From Sminthopsis crassicaudata (taxonomy: Eukaryota): DNA of 33,000 bases. The number at the start of each line of letters is the position of its first letter. The stretch's first letter is position 1. The notes below the pieces were generated by a model. The model did not search any database and was not told the DNA's origin. It saw nothing but the letters and a program-made list of their open reading frames with translations. Positions 1-10,383 of this stretch are shown piece by piece. A program made the translations under genes and the position numbers. The DNA is taken from NCBI RefSeq assembly GCF_048593235.1, contig NC_133620.1, forward strand, positions 118,143,852-118,176,851. Reading direction: 5' to 3'.

Positions 1-135
1 AAACAACACAGCAAAAGGCCCCACGACGGAGCAGGAATGGTGCCGAAGCCCCCGGGGCCCCTCGACGGACCCCCTCTCTCTCCTGATGAGCCGGGAGAGC
101 TGTTCTGTTAGCTGAGTGGCCACCACCGGCTCCTC
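1..135 (-). CDS. KLHDC9: KLHDC9 coding exon 3 (partial, continues beyond window start)
   Basis: Acceptor cctcctgccag| at 136 (intron 2 = 450-136, phase 0). 45 codons EEPVVATQLTEQLSRLIRRERGPSRGPRGLRHHSCSVVGPFAVLF match recalled human EEPPVAPHLMEQLARL...GLRHHSCSVVGPFAVLF. Confidence 0.95.
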
Positions 136-245
136 CTGGCAGGAGGGGTGGAAGGGAGAAATTAGAAGTCCCTATCAGAAGGAAAAGCTGGCCCAGAGCT
201 CCCCTGATGTATCGGCTGAGGGACCCCAACAAGCCACTTAACTCT

Positions 246-295
246 CAGGGTTCTTAACCTGGTGTTTGCAGACCCCCTATGGGGTCTCTGAAGAG
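246..295. mobile_element. hAT/Charlie (MER5-like) MITE end fragment in KLHDC9 intron 2
   Basis: CAGGGTTCTTAACCTGG...GACCCC resembles the MER5/Charlie terminal sequence CAGGGGTTCTYAACCT. Right boundary uncertain. Confidence 0.45.
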
Positions 296-450
296 CCTCA
301 CAGAATGAGCACGTTATTTCATGCCATGAGAAGCAGTAGTCTGGGGAAAGCTTTCCACCGCAGTGGCCTGCCTGCGGGCTCTGCCATCCCTATCCCCACC
401 CCCACTGGGCATGGGCACCCTGCGGCACAGCCGCGGCTCAGACAGCTCAC

Positions 451-610
451 CTGGATGTGCCCCGGGCCCCAGTGCCCGGCCACTTCGGGCTCCGGGGAAT
501 TGCAGCCCCCGAAGAGCAAGAGCTGGTGGCCGGGCCGCGGGCCGCCGGTGCGGAACAGAGCGGCGCTGTGGCCGGAGCGCGAGGCCGTGTGGCAGCTCTC
601 TTCACGGTAG
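451..610 (-). CDS. KLHDC9: KLHDC9 coding exon 2
   Basis: Acceptor ctccgcag| at 611 and donor CAG|GTGAGC at 450. The 160 nt continue the phase-2 frame: (S)YREESCHTASRSGHSAALFRTGGPRPGHQLLLFGGCNSPEPEVAGHWGPGHIQ, matching recalled human YKQEGCHTASRSGHCAALL...HQLLLFGGCNLAEPEVAGHW. Confidence 0.95.
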
Positions 611-716
611 CTGCGGAGATGTACAGCTCAGGCCCTACCCTGGGCTGGGGAGGGAAGTCGAGGGGCGAGGCCGGGCCCGCGCGAGGCCGTAGGCAGCTTC
701 CCGCAGGGCCTCCTAC

Positions 717-1225
717 CTGTAGGTGCGCGCAGGGGGGTCCACGCGCAGAGTGTAGACGCTACCGTAGCGGCGCTGAGTGCGAGTGCCACCCTCGCGGCCG
801 GCCACGCGCAGCTCGTGGTCCGACAGGCGGGTGCAGGTGTGGCTGCTGAGCCCGGCCGGGGCGCAGCTGCCGGGAGCCGCGGACCACGCCTCCCAGGTCC
901 CGCGCTCCGCATCGAGGGCGGCTACGGCCGCCACGCGCCGGGACCCGTCCCAGCCGCCCACCACGCAGAGCCAGCGGTCGCCCACGGACACCGCGTCATG
1001 GTGGCTGCGCCGGGGCCCCCCGGGGCCCCCAGTCCTCGTCGTCCGGCCTGCCGCCGGGTCAAACATCACCGTGTCTCCAAGGGGTTCGCGCGCACCCCCG
1101 GACGTCAGGCCCCCGACCACATAGACCCGACCCCGCAGCACAGTGCAAGAGTGAAACGCCCGCGCCAGAAGCCGATCATGCGCCACTGGCCTCCAGACCC
1201 ACCCGGGAGGCCGGGCCGCGGCCAT
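717..1225 (-). CDS. KLHDC9: Kelch domain-containing protein 9, coding exon 1
   Basis: ATG at 1225-1223 (ccgctcATGG) opens MAAARPPGWVWRPVAHDRLLARAFHSCTVLRGRVYVVGG...WLCVVGGWDGSRR...LSSHTCTRLSDHELRVAGREGGTRTQRRYGSVYTLRVDPPARTY. It has kelch-type GG motifs and closely follows human KLHDC9 as I recall it (WRPVARDALLARAFHSC..., RSHHDA, GGWDGSRR, LSSHTCT). Ends at donor AG|GTAGGA (intron 716-611, 106 nt, phase 2). Confidence 0.95.
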
Positions 1226-1390
1226 GAGCGGCGGAGGGCCAGGAGGTGCCCCCACTCCGCCTCCACCCGTCTGGCCCGTTCTCCGCCACGCCCCCAGGCT
1301 CGCGGGAATCTCGCCCTCAGCCTCACCCAACCCCTCCCCCTCAACTCTAGGGAGAACTCTCCCCAACCTCGAAGCCCCGCCTTCCCCAGA

Positions 1391-1523
1391 ATTGCCTTGG
1401 TAACGACGACTGTTAGCAACTGCGGAGCCGGAAAGGCTTGGTTACCATAGCGACGTGGACGCAACTACAAACCTTTGTTACCGGGGAAGTATTGGTAACT
1501 GTGGCAACCTAGAGGAGGGGCGG
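1391..1523 (-). promoter_or_regulatory. KLHDC9 proximal promoter with RFX X-box-like cluster, ETS core and GC box
   Basis: ATTGCCTTGGTAAC 1391-1404, GTTAGCAAC 1412-1420, CCGGAA 1428-1433, GTTACCATAGCGAC 1441-1454, GTTACC 1477-1482, GTAACTGTGGCAAC 1495-1508, GGGGCGG 1517-1523. Compared with the X-box consensus GTNRCC(N0-3)RGYAAC. Confidence 0.7.
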
Positions 1524-1712
1524 TTGAGAGCGACTCTTACAGGACGAATTGGGAACTCCAGCCTTTTAAACTTCTCCCTTCCATCTCCTCCTCCCTCCAC
1601 TTTGAGTAAGCTCGAGTAAGGCGAAGAGAAAGGGCAAGAAATCCCTCTGTGCGCTCCCGGTGCTGAGTCAGGTCAAAGTGGACAGGCTGGGGACTGGTGT
1701 TCTTCTGTGTAA

Positions 1713-1721
1713 TCTGGTCCA

Positions 1722-1755
<34 letters not shown>

Positions 1756-2708
1756 AAAAAAATTTGTTTTTTATTTTAAATCAAAATATCAAGCAGATAC
1801 TGGCAAAAACAATATACAAAACAGAACTCAAAATGTCAACCCTTCCTCCCAAATCATCTCTGAGCAGGCACTGATAGGAAACAAATATTCCCTTAGGAAA
1901 AGCAACTTTCAATTCCAGATCTTCTGGAAAATGGATGTCAAATAAAACCAGTCTGTCTATATTTACAGTTTTCATTTTATGTCAAACCTGTCTCTTGTAC
2001 ATGGTTTCAGAGTATTCTTACTTTTAGTTTTAAGCTTAAAGTCCTGACCCATGTAAGGAGAGCAGTATCCTTTGAGGGGTATGTGAGGGGGAACAATGCT
2101 AACTGAGACCAGTGTCCTAAAAAGACAGTATGTAGAGTACATGTGCTACACTTTACGTAAATTAAATAGAGAGGGTTTGGGGAAGGGGGCCTGCTGTGTG
2201 CTGCTGGATATGAAAATATTAGCTACAGAAGTAATAATTCGTTTGTAGATGAGTTTAAGTGGGGTATGATTTCTGTAAGTATGTATCAGTATCTTCCAGA
2301 AATCACACCTTTCATCATCTAATACCATATCTCGGCCTTAGCCCCATATTTTCAAATGAAGCAAAACATTCAATTATTAAAATATTACTTAAGGGTTTGA
2401 AAATAACAAAAACTTCATTCAGTTGAAGTCATCTTTTATTAGGTGCAATGAATACTAAAAATTAACTAAGGAGTCACTATTGACAGGGGTCAAAAATCAT
2501 TGTAAAGAACAAATGGATCCATACCTTTGCACATTTAAAAAAAAAAATCTCTCCCTTATAAAAGAAAATCATTTACTAATTATGTTAGAAACTTAAACTG
2601 GTAGCATTATCCTCTAAGATTATGGCCCAAAGGTCTGGGGTTGTCCTTCTCTGCTTGACTTTATCTAGCCAATGGCAACTCCTCCTCTGATGTTCTGGTC
2701 CACTCTTT
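1713..2708 (-). pseudogene. Retroposed mRNA 3' fragment (5'-truncated processed pseudogene or orphan L1 3' transduction), parent gene unidentified
   Basis: Perfect 15-bp direct repeat TCTGGTCCACTCTTT at 1713-1727 and 2694-2708. A pure 30-nt T run at 1725-1754 is the poly(A) on the minus strand. AATAAA on minus at 1775-1770 sits 15 nt before the poly(A). The body is AT-rich and UTR-like, with no recognisable repeat. Confidence 0.85.
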
Positions 2709-2874
2709 AGGGAAGTGCTATGGACTGGAGATTTGGAAACTTGGTTTCAAATCCTGGCTCAGCCACAGCCTTCTAGTAAATCATTTTATCCCTCAGACAA
2801 ATTCTGATTGTACCTTCAGACTGGCACAGTACTTTGTATATATGATAACCCTTTTGTAAAAAATATATTTTATA

Positions 2875-3302
2875 CTTTTTTTCAAAATACATGCAGAGTT
2901 TTCAACACTCATCCTCGTTTTCCAAATTTTTCTCCCTCCCCCTAGACAAGAGGGGGGATTTTTTCTAAATACATGTAAACATGGTTCTCACCATTCATTT
3001 TTGTAAGAATTTGTGTCTTACTTCCCCCGCCCCAAGATAGCAATTTGATATAGGTTAAATATTTCAATCCTTTTAAACATGTTTTGAAAGAAAAATGAGA
3101 CCAAAAGAGAGAAAGAAAACACAAAAAGAAAAAAACAAACAAAAAAGGTGAAAATACAATGCTTTAATCCACCATTCAGTCCTCATAGTTCTCTCTCTGG
3201 ATGCAATTGGCATTTTCCATCTTAAGTCTATTGGAATTGCCTTAAATCATCACATAGTTGAGAAGAATTAAGTCCATCATAGTTGATCACATGATGATCT
3301 TT
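2875..3302 (-). mobile_element. L1 3' UTR fragment (older marsupial subfamily)
   Basis: Reverse-complement of the marsupial L1 3' end (…aaaatacatgca…ccaaattttctccctccc…cattcagtcctcatagttctctctctggatg…catagttgatc), similar to the other L1 3' ends in the window. Confidence 0.75.
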
Positions 3303-3474
3303 TGACCTTTGGATTGGCACCACGAATATTATTAAGCAGAAATAGTTGCATCCTCCTTAGTTGTAGGGATCAGATGGTCCCAAACCTACTAAAACATAGT
3401 ATCATAATCCCCATGTCCAGATTAATGATTGACTCAATCCCCAATCTCTGTTGTTCTCATAAAAAGATTAACCT

Positions 3475-3624
3475 GGGGCAGCTAGGTGGCGCAGTGGATA
3501 GAGCACCAGTCCTGAAGTCAGGAGGACCTGAGTTCAAATTTGACCTCAGACATTTAACACTTCCTAGCTGTGTGACCCTGAGCAAGTCACTTAACCCCAA
3601 CCTCAGGAAAAACAAAACAAAAAA
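3475..3624 (+). mobile_element. WSINE1-like tRNA-derived CORE-SINE
   Basis: GGGGCAGCTAGGTGGCGCAGTGGATAGAGCACC (A box), GAGTTCAAAT (B box), core ...tgtgtgaccctgagcaagtcacttaacccc, and an A-rich tail. Possible short TSD AACCTG (3470-3475 / 3623-3628). Confidence 0.85.
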
Positions 3625-3679
3625 CCTGATTGTTCAGTTCAAAAAATGGCATATGATGTGTTTGATATTATTGGCAGAC

Positions 3680-3757
3680 CATTTCAGTATTTTTGCCAAC
3701 GAAATCCCAAAAGGAGTCAGAGAGTGTTCGACAAGACTGAAAATGATTAAATAATTT
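3680..3757 (+). mobile_element. RTE-type 3' tail (MAR1/RTE fragment)
   Basis: tggcagaccatttcagtatttttgccaacgaaatcccaaaaggagtc…gacaagactgaaaatga resembles the RTE/Bov-B-like 3' end also seen at 11246 and 19400. Confidence 0.6.
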
Positions 3758-4329
3758 ATGTAGAAGTCACTAAGTATTGGGGCTGAAATAGAAGGTCTCA
3801 GACTGTAGAAAAGTCGGAACCTATTAATGAAGAGTATTAAGGTCATAAGGATTTGGGAGAGCATAATCTTGAATTAACAATGGAAGCCTCTTGTACATTA
3901 CCTATTTTATTGGAGAGGTCATCTAGTAATACCTAACTATAGATAGGAAGTAATGGTATGACTCTTATGCTATCCATTCAATATCAATAATAGACAAGTA
4001 ATCATTTTTCAAAAATGGCATATTGAATGGTCACTTTGAGGAGTTATTGCTCCCAGAAACCTAATAGTCTTTTAATTTGGTCAATACTTGGTGCCTCTCA
4101 TGAATTTCATTTTCCCTAGGCCTTTTTGGTAAAGACCTCCAAGAACATGGGACATATAGGATCATAAGGAAGTAGGTAGAGGGATTACTTTAAGTGCTTC
4201 TATAGAAGGAAGAAAATCTTTGTAATCAAAAAGCTTACATTCTAATAAGGAAAGATCACACATGTAGGGAAACAGTGACAAATTAGGCGTGTTGTGGATA
4301 GAAAAGTCAGAATAAATTGTCTTTGGAGT

Positions 4330-4500
4330 CCTAGAGGCAGCTTGATGGAGAAGTGACTAGAGCCCTGGACCTGGAAGATTGTAGTACAAACCCAGAGTCA
4401 GATACTTATTAGCTCAGTAACCTTGGATAAGTCATTTCATCTTTATCTGCCTCAATTTCCTCAACTGTAAAATGGGTACAATATCAGTATCTATCTCCCA
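4330..4500 (+). mobile_element. MIR-family CORE-SINE
   Basis: Core gtaaccttggataagtcatttcatctttatctgcctcaatttcctcaactgtaaaatggg. Confidence 0.7.
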
Positions 4501-5292
4501 TAAATTAGTTTATATTTATAAAACACGCCAATCAATTAGGTAATATATACTTACCAAGGATGGTTGTGTTAAATTGATTACTGTTCTCAGAGGTAGAATT
4601 GGAGATGGCCAGGAAGTGGGACTATGGTCTTGGAACTAAACAAAGTAAGGTAAATTTAATACTCATCAGTCAGAATCACAGCCATTGGACTTTTCATTTC
4701 TAGAAATGCAATCTAGAGAATACTGTGTTCCTGGCAAACTTAGCATGTAAAAGTGTTAGATTTGGTTAATGACCAAAATTTAAAACATATTACTTGTGGA
4801 ACTGAAGTGTATCAATCTTAACAGGGTATTCAGACCAAATTTTTTTTCAAGATTAATGAAATAACTTTATAACCAGAGATCTGAACTGGACAGTCATTTT
4901 ATTCCTCTATTTTTACAGGTTAGTCTTACCAGAAGCATATTCTTATAGCAAATGATCGCAAGAAACTAATGGGCTCCTTTCTCAGTTCTGGGAAAATTAG
5001 CAATGTCCTGGGGTCATGAAGGTCAGGGATACATACTTGGGCAAAGTTTTTATTTGTCAATATAACATTTGGAATCTAAGGAAGTACAAATTCATTGGTT
5101 CATTGACTTTACATTTATTTGCTATAGTCAGGATTTTGGGAGTTATCCAATTTGGGATTAATTAGCAAACCTACCCAGATTAATATACAGTGATATGATT
5201 CCTGACAAAATTGCATATCTTCATATCTGACTGCAGTTAAACTCTCACAGGTGGTTATATCAAATTCAAAATGGAGTTGTATATGCTAACTT

Positions 5293-5706
5293 TTTTTAAA
5301 AATAATTATAACATTTTTTTTGACAGTACATATGCATAGGTAATTTTTTTACAACATTATCCCTTGTACTCCTTTTGTTCCAAATTTTTCCCCTCCTTCC
5401 CTCCACCGCCTCCCCTAGATGGCAGGCATTCCCAAAAATATTAAATATCTTATAGTATATCCTTGGTACAATATATATGTGCAGAACCGAATTTTTTTGT
5501 TGTTGTTGCAAAGGAAGAATTGTATTCGGAAGGTAAAAATAATCTGGGAAGAAAAACAAAACAAAACAAAACAAAACAGTGCTCATAGTTTACACTCATT
5601 TCCTAGTGTTTCTTTTCTGGATGTAGCTGATTCTGTCCATCATTGATCAATTGGAATTGGATTAGCTCTTCTCTATGTTGAAGATATCCACTTCCATCAG
5701 AATACA
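5293..5706 (-). mobile_element. 5'-truncated L1 (3' UTR only) with 15-bp TSD
   Basis: Poly(T) at the left end and L1 3' UTR sequence. Perfect direct repeat TGTATATGCTAACTT at 5278-5292 and 5707-5721. Confidence 0.9.
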
Positions 5707-8689
5707 TGTATATGCTAACTTAGACCTGATATTTAATCCTGAGAAAAGAGGTCAGAATCTTTTAGAGGTATTATGTTGAGGCTCTGATTCTGAAATAACC
5801 TTATAATAAAATAAAACAAGACAAAAAGAGGTAAACTGGAAGCATGGTCTATAATTCTCCATGGGGAGGCAAATAAAGTTGTTGACAGTCCTGGTTTAAT
5901 CATAGAGACAAAAGTAATAATAATTAAAAAAAAAACATTAGTTCAATAGGGATATTTTGCCATCTTCTATTGAAGTACTCATAATAAAGTTTAAAAAAAT
6001 GAAAACACCAATGTGCCTTATTGTCTAGGGGTCTCCAAAGTTGACCCTGGTCTCCTGAAGACCTTAAATCATCCTGGAGACCCTGACTCCAAAAGGCATA
6101 GGCTCTCTCTGTCTGCCTCCAGCCTGGATAAGATTCCAGAATTCCAGAAGATCTCCAAAACAAAGCTTTGGGATGGATCCTGTCTAAAGTCTCCCCAAAA
6201 GTGTAGCAAAAGCATTTGATATTTTACATGAATATCATGTGTGGAACAGGTGTTGTTTGTTTAGATTTCCTTCACTTGAGAAAATATAAAACAAATATTA
6301 AAAAAAGACTTGGCAAAATACAGGAAGCATAAAACATTAAAATTGCCCTTTATACTCATTATATTCCCTCTAGAAGGTAAAGACCTTTCATGATAATGTT
6401 TAGTCTTTAGGCTTTCTCTGTTCCTGGGGCCAGGTCTGGCTTGTTGGCCCCACCTGCATTCACTTTAGTAGGTTAAGGTGGCTCACCAAAAGAACAGCCA
6501 TGTGGCTGCTATTCTAACTCTTACTGTCCTCTCGGGTGACTATTCCCATTAATACTATAGCTTGTGAGTCTTTACTAGTATATTTCCCATGAATAAATCA
6601 GCCCACTCTTGCTCTATTAACATTAACCAAATTATTAAAAATGCAAACATATTGTATTAATATAACATTCTACTCACAAGCATCAATTACATGCTTCCAT
6701 TAATGCACACAATATTTTGGGGAAAATTAAGTAAGCACTTAATATCCCAGGACAATAATGTGGTCAGGATAACTCACAATTTTGAAAATGTAAACTTTGG
6801 TGACCTTTTTCTGTCTCAGAAATAGTTTATAAAAATTCCTCGATGAGCATAGTGTCTGTATTGCTTCTACTGCTAAACTGAGCTGATCCACAATATGGTT
6901 AACTAGCCAATATTTACTATACTATTTATCTACAAGGTGGCTTCTTGATTTGTACCTCTGCTCAGCTGAACCTATTTCTTTGCAGCAACTTTAGTATCTA
7001 TCTCTTCCAGCTTTATACTTAATAACTTCAGCTGAGTTAATGTCATGCTTTTTGAAAAAAAAAAAAAAAAAGCAACAATGTTTATTGTAAAGTTATCAAA
7101 ATCCCTCCAACTCAGCCCCTTTGTGGGATTCCACCTCTCAGCAACAACAGAGGGCAATGCAGAGAAATATCATCTCTCTTGGGCATCAAACCATCTAAGA
7201 AAGTAGAATATATTCTTTTTACCTTTCTTTTTTTCTTCTCAGCAATAGGTGGCAGTAGAGAGTAATATAGGCTCATTGCCAGGGGGGAAAAAAATCTGCT
7301 TATGTGAGAGTACACAATTACTTGCTCTCTTTCACACAGTTCTTAAATCTATTCTTTATCTCTCATTTTCCCTGACTTTTATTTGTTTAGCTGCTAGGTC
7401 CTCTCTACAAATTGCCCTACCTTAGAATTTTAGCTGTAAGAAAATTCTCATCTGTCTATAATCAGATAAATTATTTTTATTCCAGAATCACAAAACTGGT
7501 ATTCATATTTTCCTAGTTAAAATGTCCAGTACTTTAACTTTCCATATGAAAATCTCAAAAGCAGATTGTGTTCTCCATAGATTTCAGCTTGTCATATTCA
7601 AATGAGCAATAGAACTATAAGCAGAAAATTCAGAGATTGCTTCTCATAGAACCTTGTGACAAGCATGCTCTAGCTGTGAAAAGTGAAACGGATTAAATTT
7701 AGCAACTGCTTTTTCAGAAGCCAATTTAGCCCCATTGTTCAAGCAACTCACAACAAAGACCCCAAAGGATTGGCAAGGTCCAATCAAGGGCAGGGCTTCA
7801 GTCCTTCAGGTGCAGAATCTTCCTCATGGCAGTCCTCTTCTCCAAAAGAAAACTGCATGTTTTTATGAAAATCTTTTCCCTTTAATTTCTGAAAGCCCAA
7901 ATTCTGAACTCAGGAACACTCAATGAACAGAATAATCGAAGAGGATGGAATAGTACATTTCTCAGATATGCTTTATCAAGAGTGGATTTTGGGAAGAACA
8001 TAACTGACTTTATTTCGTGCTACTGAATGTCTCCTTCAGTACCTGCCTTCCTGCAATGACAAAAAACAAAAGCCAACCAAAAAACCAAACCTCATAGGAC
8101 TTCAAACAGTTCCAGGAACTTTACCTTTACCGTATCTAATAAAGCATGTAGTAAGGGCTTAACCAATGTTGATTAATGAATTAAAAAAGAAGATGCTATA
8201 TCCATTTGTTCAGTCTAAATGACTATGCTAAAGAATATTTTTTTCTTTCTAATTAAGTATTTCTTTCTTCCTTTGGGTTGAAATATGTAATCTATCATGC
8301 CTTAACCTTATCTTTTTCAAACTCTTGGTTGTGTAGCTGAGGAAGAGAGACTATATCTGCAGTGCCGTGAGACACATATGTCCTTTACCTACTGAGGGGT
8401 GTGTCACACTCCGGAGTGGATAAACTATAGTACGTCTGTCTGTAACCTGTATAGACTTATACATGCAGTCTCTAGGAAGGACCTGGAAAATTCTTGCCAC
8501 AACTAGTCATCTAACTGTTCTCGGAAAAGGAAACAGGTAAATGCATTCCAGAACTCAAGGCCCAAGAACTTCTAGTCTCAGGCCTACCTGAGTAAGCAAG
8601 TCTTGAATTATCATGAGTTTCTGCAATCATTATTTCTGAGGACTGAGTATTCCTTTCCCACCCTGCCTTTCTTGAAAGTCAAAGAATAA

Positions 8690-8790
8690 TAGGCTCATAG
8701 AATTTGAATTGGAAGAATTTAGAATCCATTCAGCTCAATTCCTCATTTTACAAATGAGGAAACTGAGGTCAAAAGAGATTTTCCATAACT
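8690..8790 (-). mobile_element. MIR-family SINE fragment
   Basis: cctcattttacaaatgaggaaactgaggtc (reverse MIR core). Confidence 0.65.
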
Positions 8791-9085
8791 CATCTTATGA
8801 CCTGAGTCGGTTTTTCCATATACCAAACTTCCTCTTCCAAAGGAGAGAAAGTATCTTACCAGAAAGGTCCAAAAGAGGCCAAATCTTTCTATAACTCACT
8901 TTTTTTTTTTAAAAGGCAATTGAGGTTAAGTGACTTGTCCAATATAATTCACTCTTAGAAGCCTTAGTACCGAGAAATTCCTTATTCAAGAGTTCATCTC
9001 CTTTGACATATTTATCAGAAAGCAGCCCCAGTTATCAGATTCCAAGCAGAGTTTAGTGTGCTATCCCAGTAAGAGTAAGGAGTAG

Positions 9086-9628
9086 TGTTGAACTGAACAG
9101 AACTCTGAACTTGAAACAAAGGATTCTTACAAGGTGCTAAGTCAGCAGAATTGATAGAGACAATAGCAGGGTTCAGTATGAATGATCTGACCCTACAAGG
9201 GGATGTTATGGGCCAGAACTTGGAAACAAGGTACTAAGTGGAATTGAGGAGACAATGATTAAATCTAATTTAGCATTGATTTAATCCTACAACAAATAAT
9301 GGTTTCCTAGTGACATAATGATTGGTTTATACTCATTGTGGAGCATATAAGTGGGGACTCACAGCCACATTCTTTCATCCCATCTCACACCAGGTTGGTG
9401 GCAGGCTCTCCTCCTTCACTTCTCCACTGAAACTAAGACTCAGGAAGGCCCCCAGAAAACTAGCTGAGCCTCAAGTGAAGGAGATAAGACTTTGAAGGAG
9501 ACAATAAAGGATTTGGTCTTTAACACCTGGCTACTCGCGTTGTGATTACTGAACTGAAAGAAAGGCTGCCTCTAGAGACCCCAAGAACACTTCAACAGAG
9601 AACATTACATTTTAGAGAGAACATTACA
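9086..9628 (+). mobile_element. Solo ERV LTR with 6-bp TSD
   Basis: Begins TG (9086) and ends CA (9628). Flanked by GAGTAG at 9080-9085 and 9629-9634. Contains ATTGG 9321-9325, TATA-like CATATAA 9344-9350 and AATAAA 9503-9508. A 6-bp TSD is typical of class II (beta-like) ERVs. Confidence 0.85.
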
Positions 9629-9749
9629 GAGTAGGACACATGAGAAGCCTTCCCTTTTCTGACAAATGTCCCTGCCTTGTAATTTCATTTAGGGGAAGTC
9701 GAAGGGGGAGATTTGGATCAATCACAGGTGCTCTTAATCAACTATTTTA

Positions 9750-9873
9750 TACACCAATCAATCAATAAACATTAAATGTCTATTATGTGCCAAGTATTGG
9801 GCTAAATTCTGGAGATATAATAAGCTACCCTTAAGGAGCTTACATTCTAATGAAGGAGACAACATGCAAACAA

Positions 9874-9912
<39 letters not shown>

Positions 9913-10370
9913 ACAAATATGAGGGGGGGGAGAGAAAGAGAGAGAACTATAGGATAAATAGAAAATGATAAAGGGAAGGTACTAGAACTAAGAGGAGTCA
10001 GGGAAAGCTTGCTGTAGAAGTGAAATTTTAATTAGAATTTAAAGGAAATCAGGAAAGATTGGTAGTCAAAGTAGAAGAGAGAGATTCTAGGCCAGGAGGG
10101 TAGCTAGAGAAAATTCCAGACCAGTGTCACTATATTGAAAAGTATATATCAGGGAATGAGGTGTAAGTAGACTGGAAAAATAAAAGGGGGCTAGATTATG
10201 AGGCTCTTTGAATACCAAACAGAGCATTTGTACTTGTCCCTTGAGGCAAGAAGTCATTAGGGTTAGTCATTAGGGGAGTGACATGAAAATTATTGTTGCT
10301 TCAACATCTGTTGCAGAGGATGAAGATCAAGTCTTTGAAGAATTAGTATTGTTATCATGTCAAGAGAAAG
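9750..10370 (-). mobile_element. L2 3' region (ancient LINE)
   Basis: Reverse L2 tail caatcaatcaataaacattaaatgtctattatgtgccaag…taaggagcttacattctaat followed by purine-rich L2 body. Boundaries approximate. Confidence 0.7.
9876..9910. repeat. (TG)n microsatellite, ~17 units
   Basis: Seen directly. Confidence 0.95.
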
Positions 10371-10383
10371 AAAGAAGTACCTT

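Larger units (their letters stand above)
380..1525. promoter_or_regulatory. CpG island covering the KLHDC9 promoter and exons 1-2
   Basis: Visibly very GC- and CpG-rich compared with the CpG-depleted remainder of the window. Boundaries are approximate, by eye. Confidence 0.85.

Noticed and set aside
1226-1366. 47-codon in-frame upstream extension of the KLHDC9 ORF (track ORF 713..1366)
   Set aside because: It starts at TTG, not ATG. The peptide is low-complexity Gly/Pro from GC-rich promoter DNA, and homology to recalled human KLHDC9 begins at the ATG at 1225.
266-1464. Several long overlapping plus- and minus-strand ORFs in the CpG island
   Set aside because: Shadow ORFs caused by stop-codon scarcity in GC-rich DNA; the real frame is KLHDC9.
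3475-3624. tRNA-like A/B boxes that could be called a tRNA gene
   Set aside because: They are the tRNA-derived head of a WSINE1-like SINE, followed by the CORE and an A tail; there is no cloverleaf.
6750-8050. Protein-like fragments on the minus strand (e.g. LVNHIVDQLSLAVEAIQTLCSS…, LIGPCQSFGVFVVSCLNNG…)
   Set aside because: Stop density in all frames is about what AT-rich random sequence gives, and there is no recognisable domain. Only a BLASTX/TBLASTN hit could rescue it.
8389-8519. Exon-like minus-strand segment reading QLDD*LWQEFSRSFLETACISLYRLQTDVL*FIHSGV*HTPQ*
   Set aside because: It looks protein-like if stops are read as Gln/Arg, but every stop is one C-to-T step from Gln/Arg by definition. 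Four stops in 43 codons is no better than random, and I recognise no homolog.
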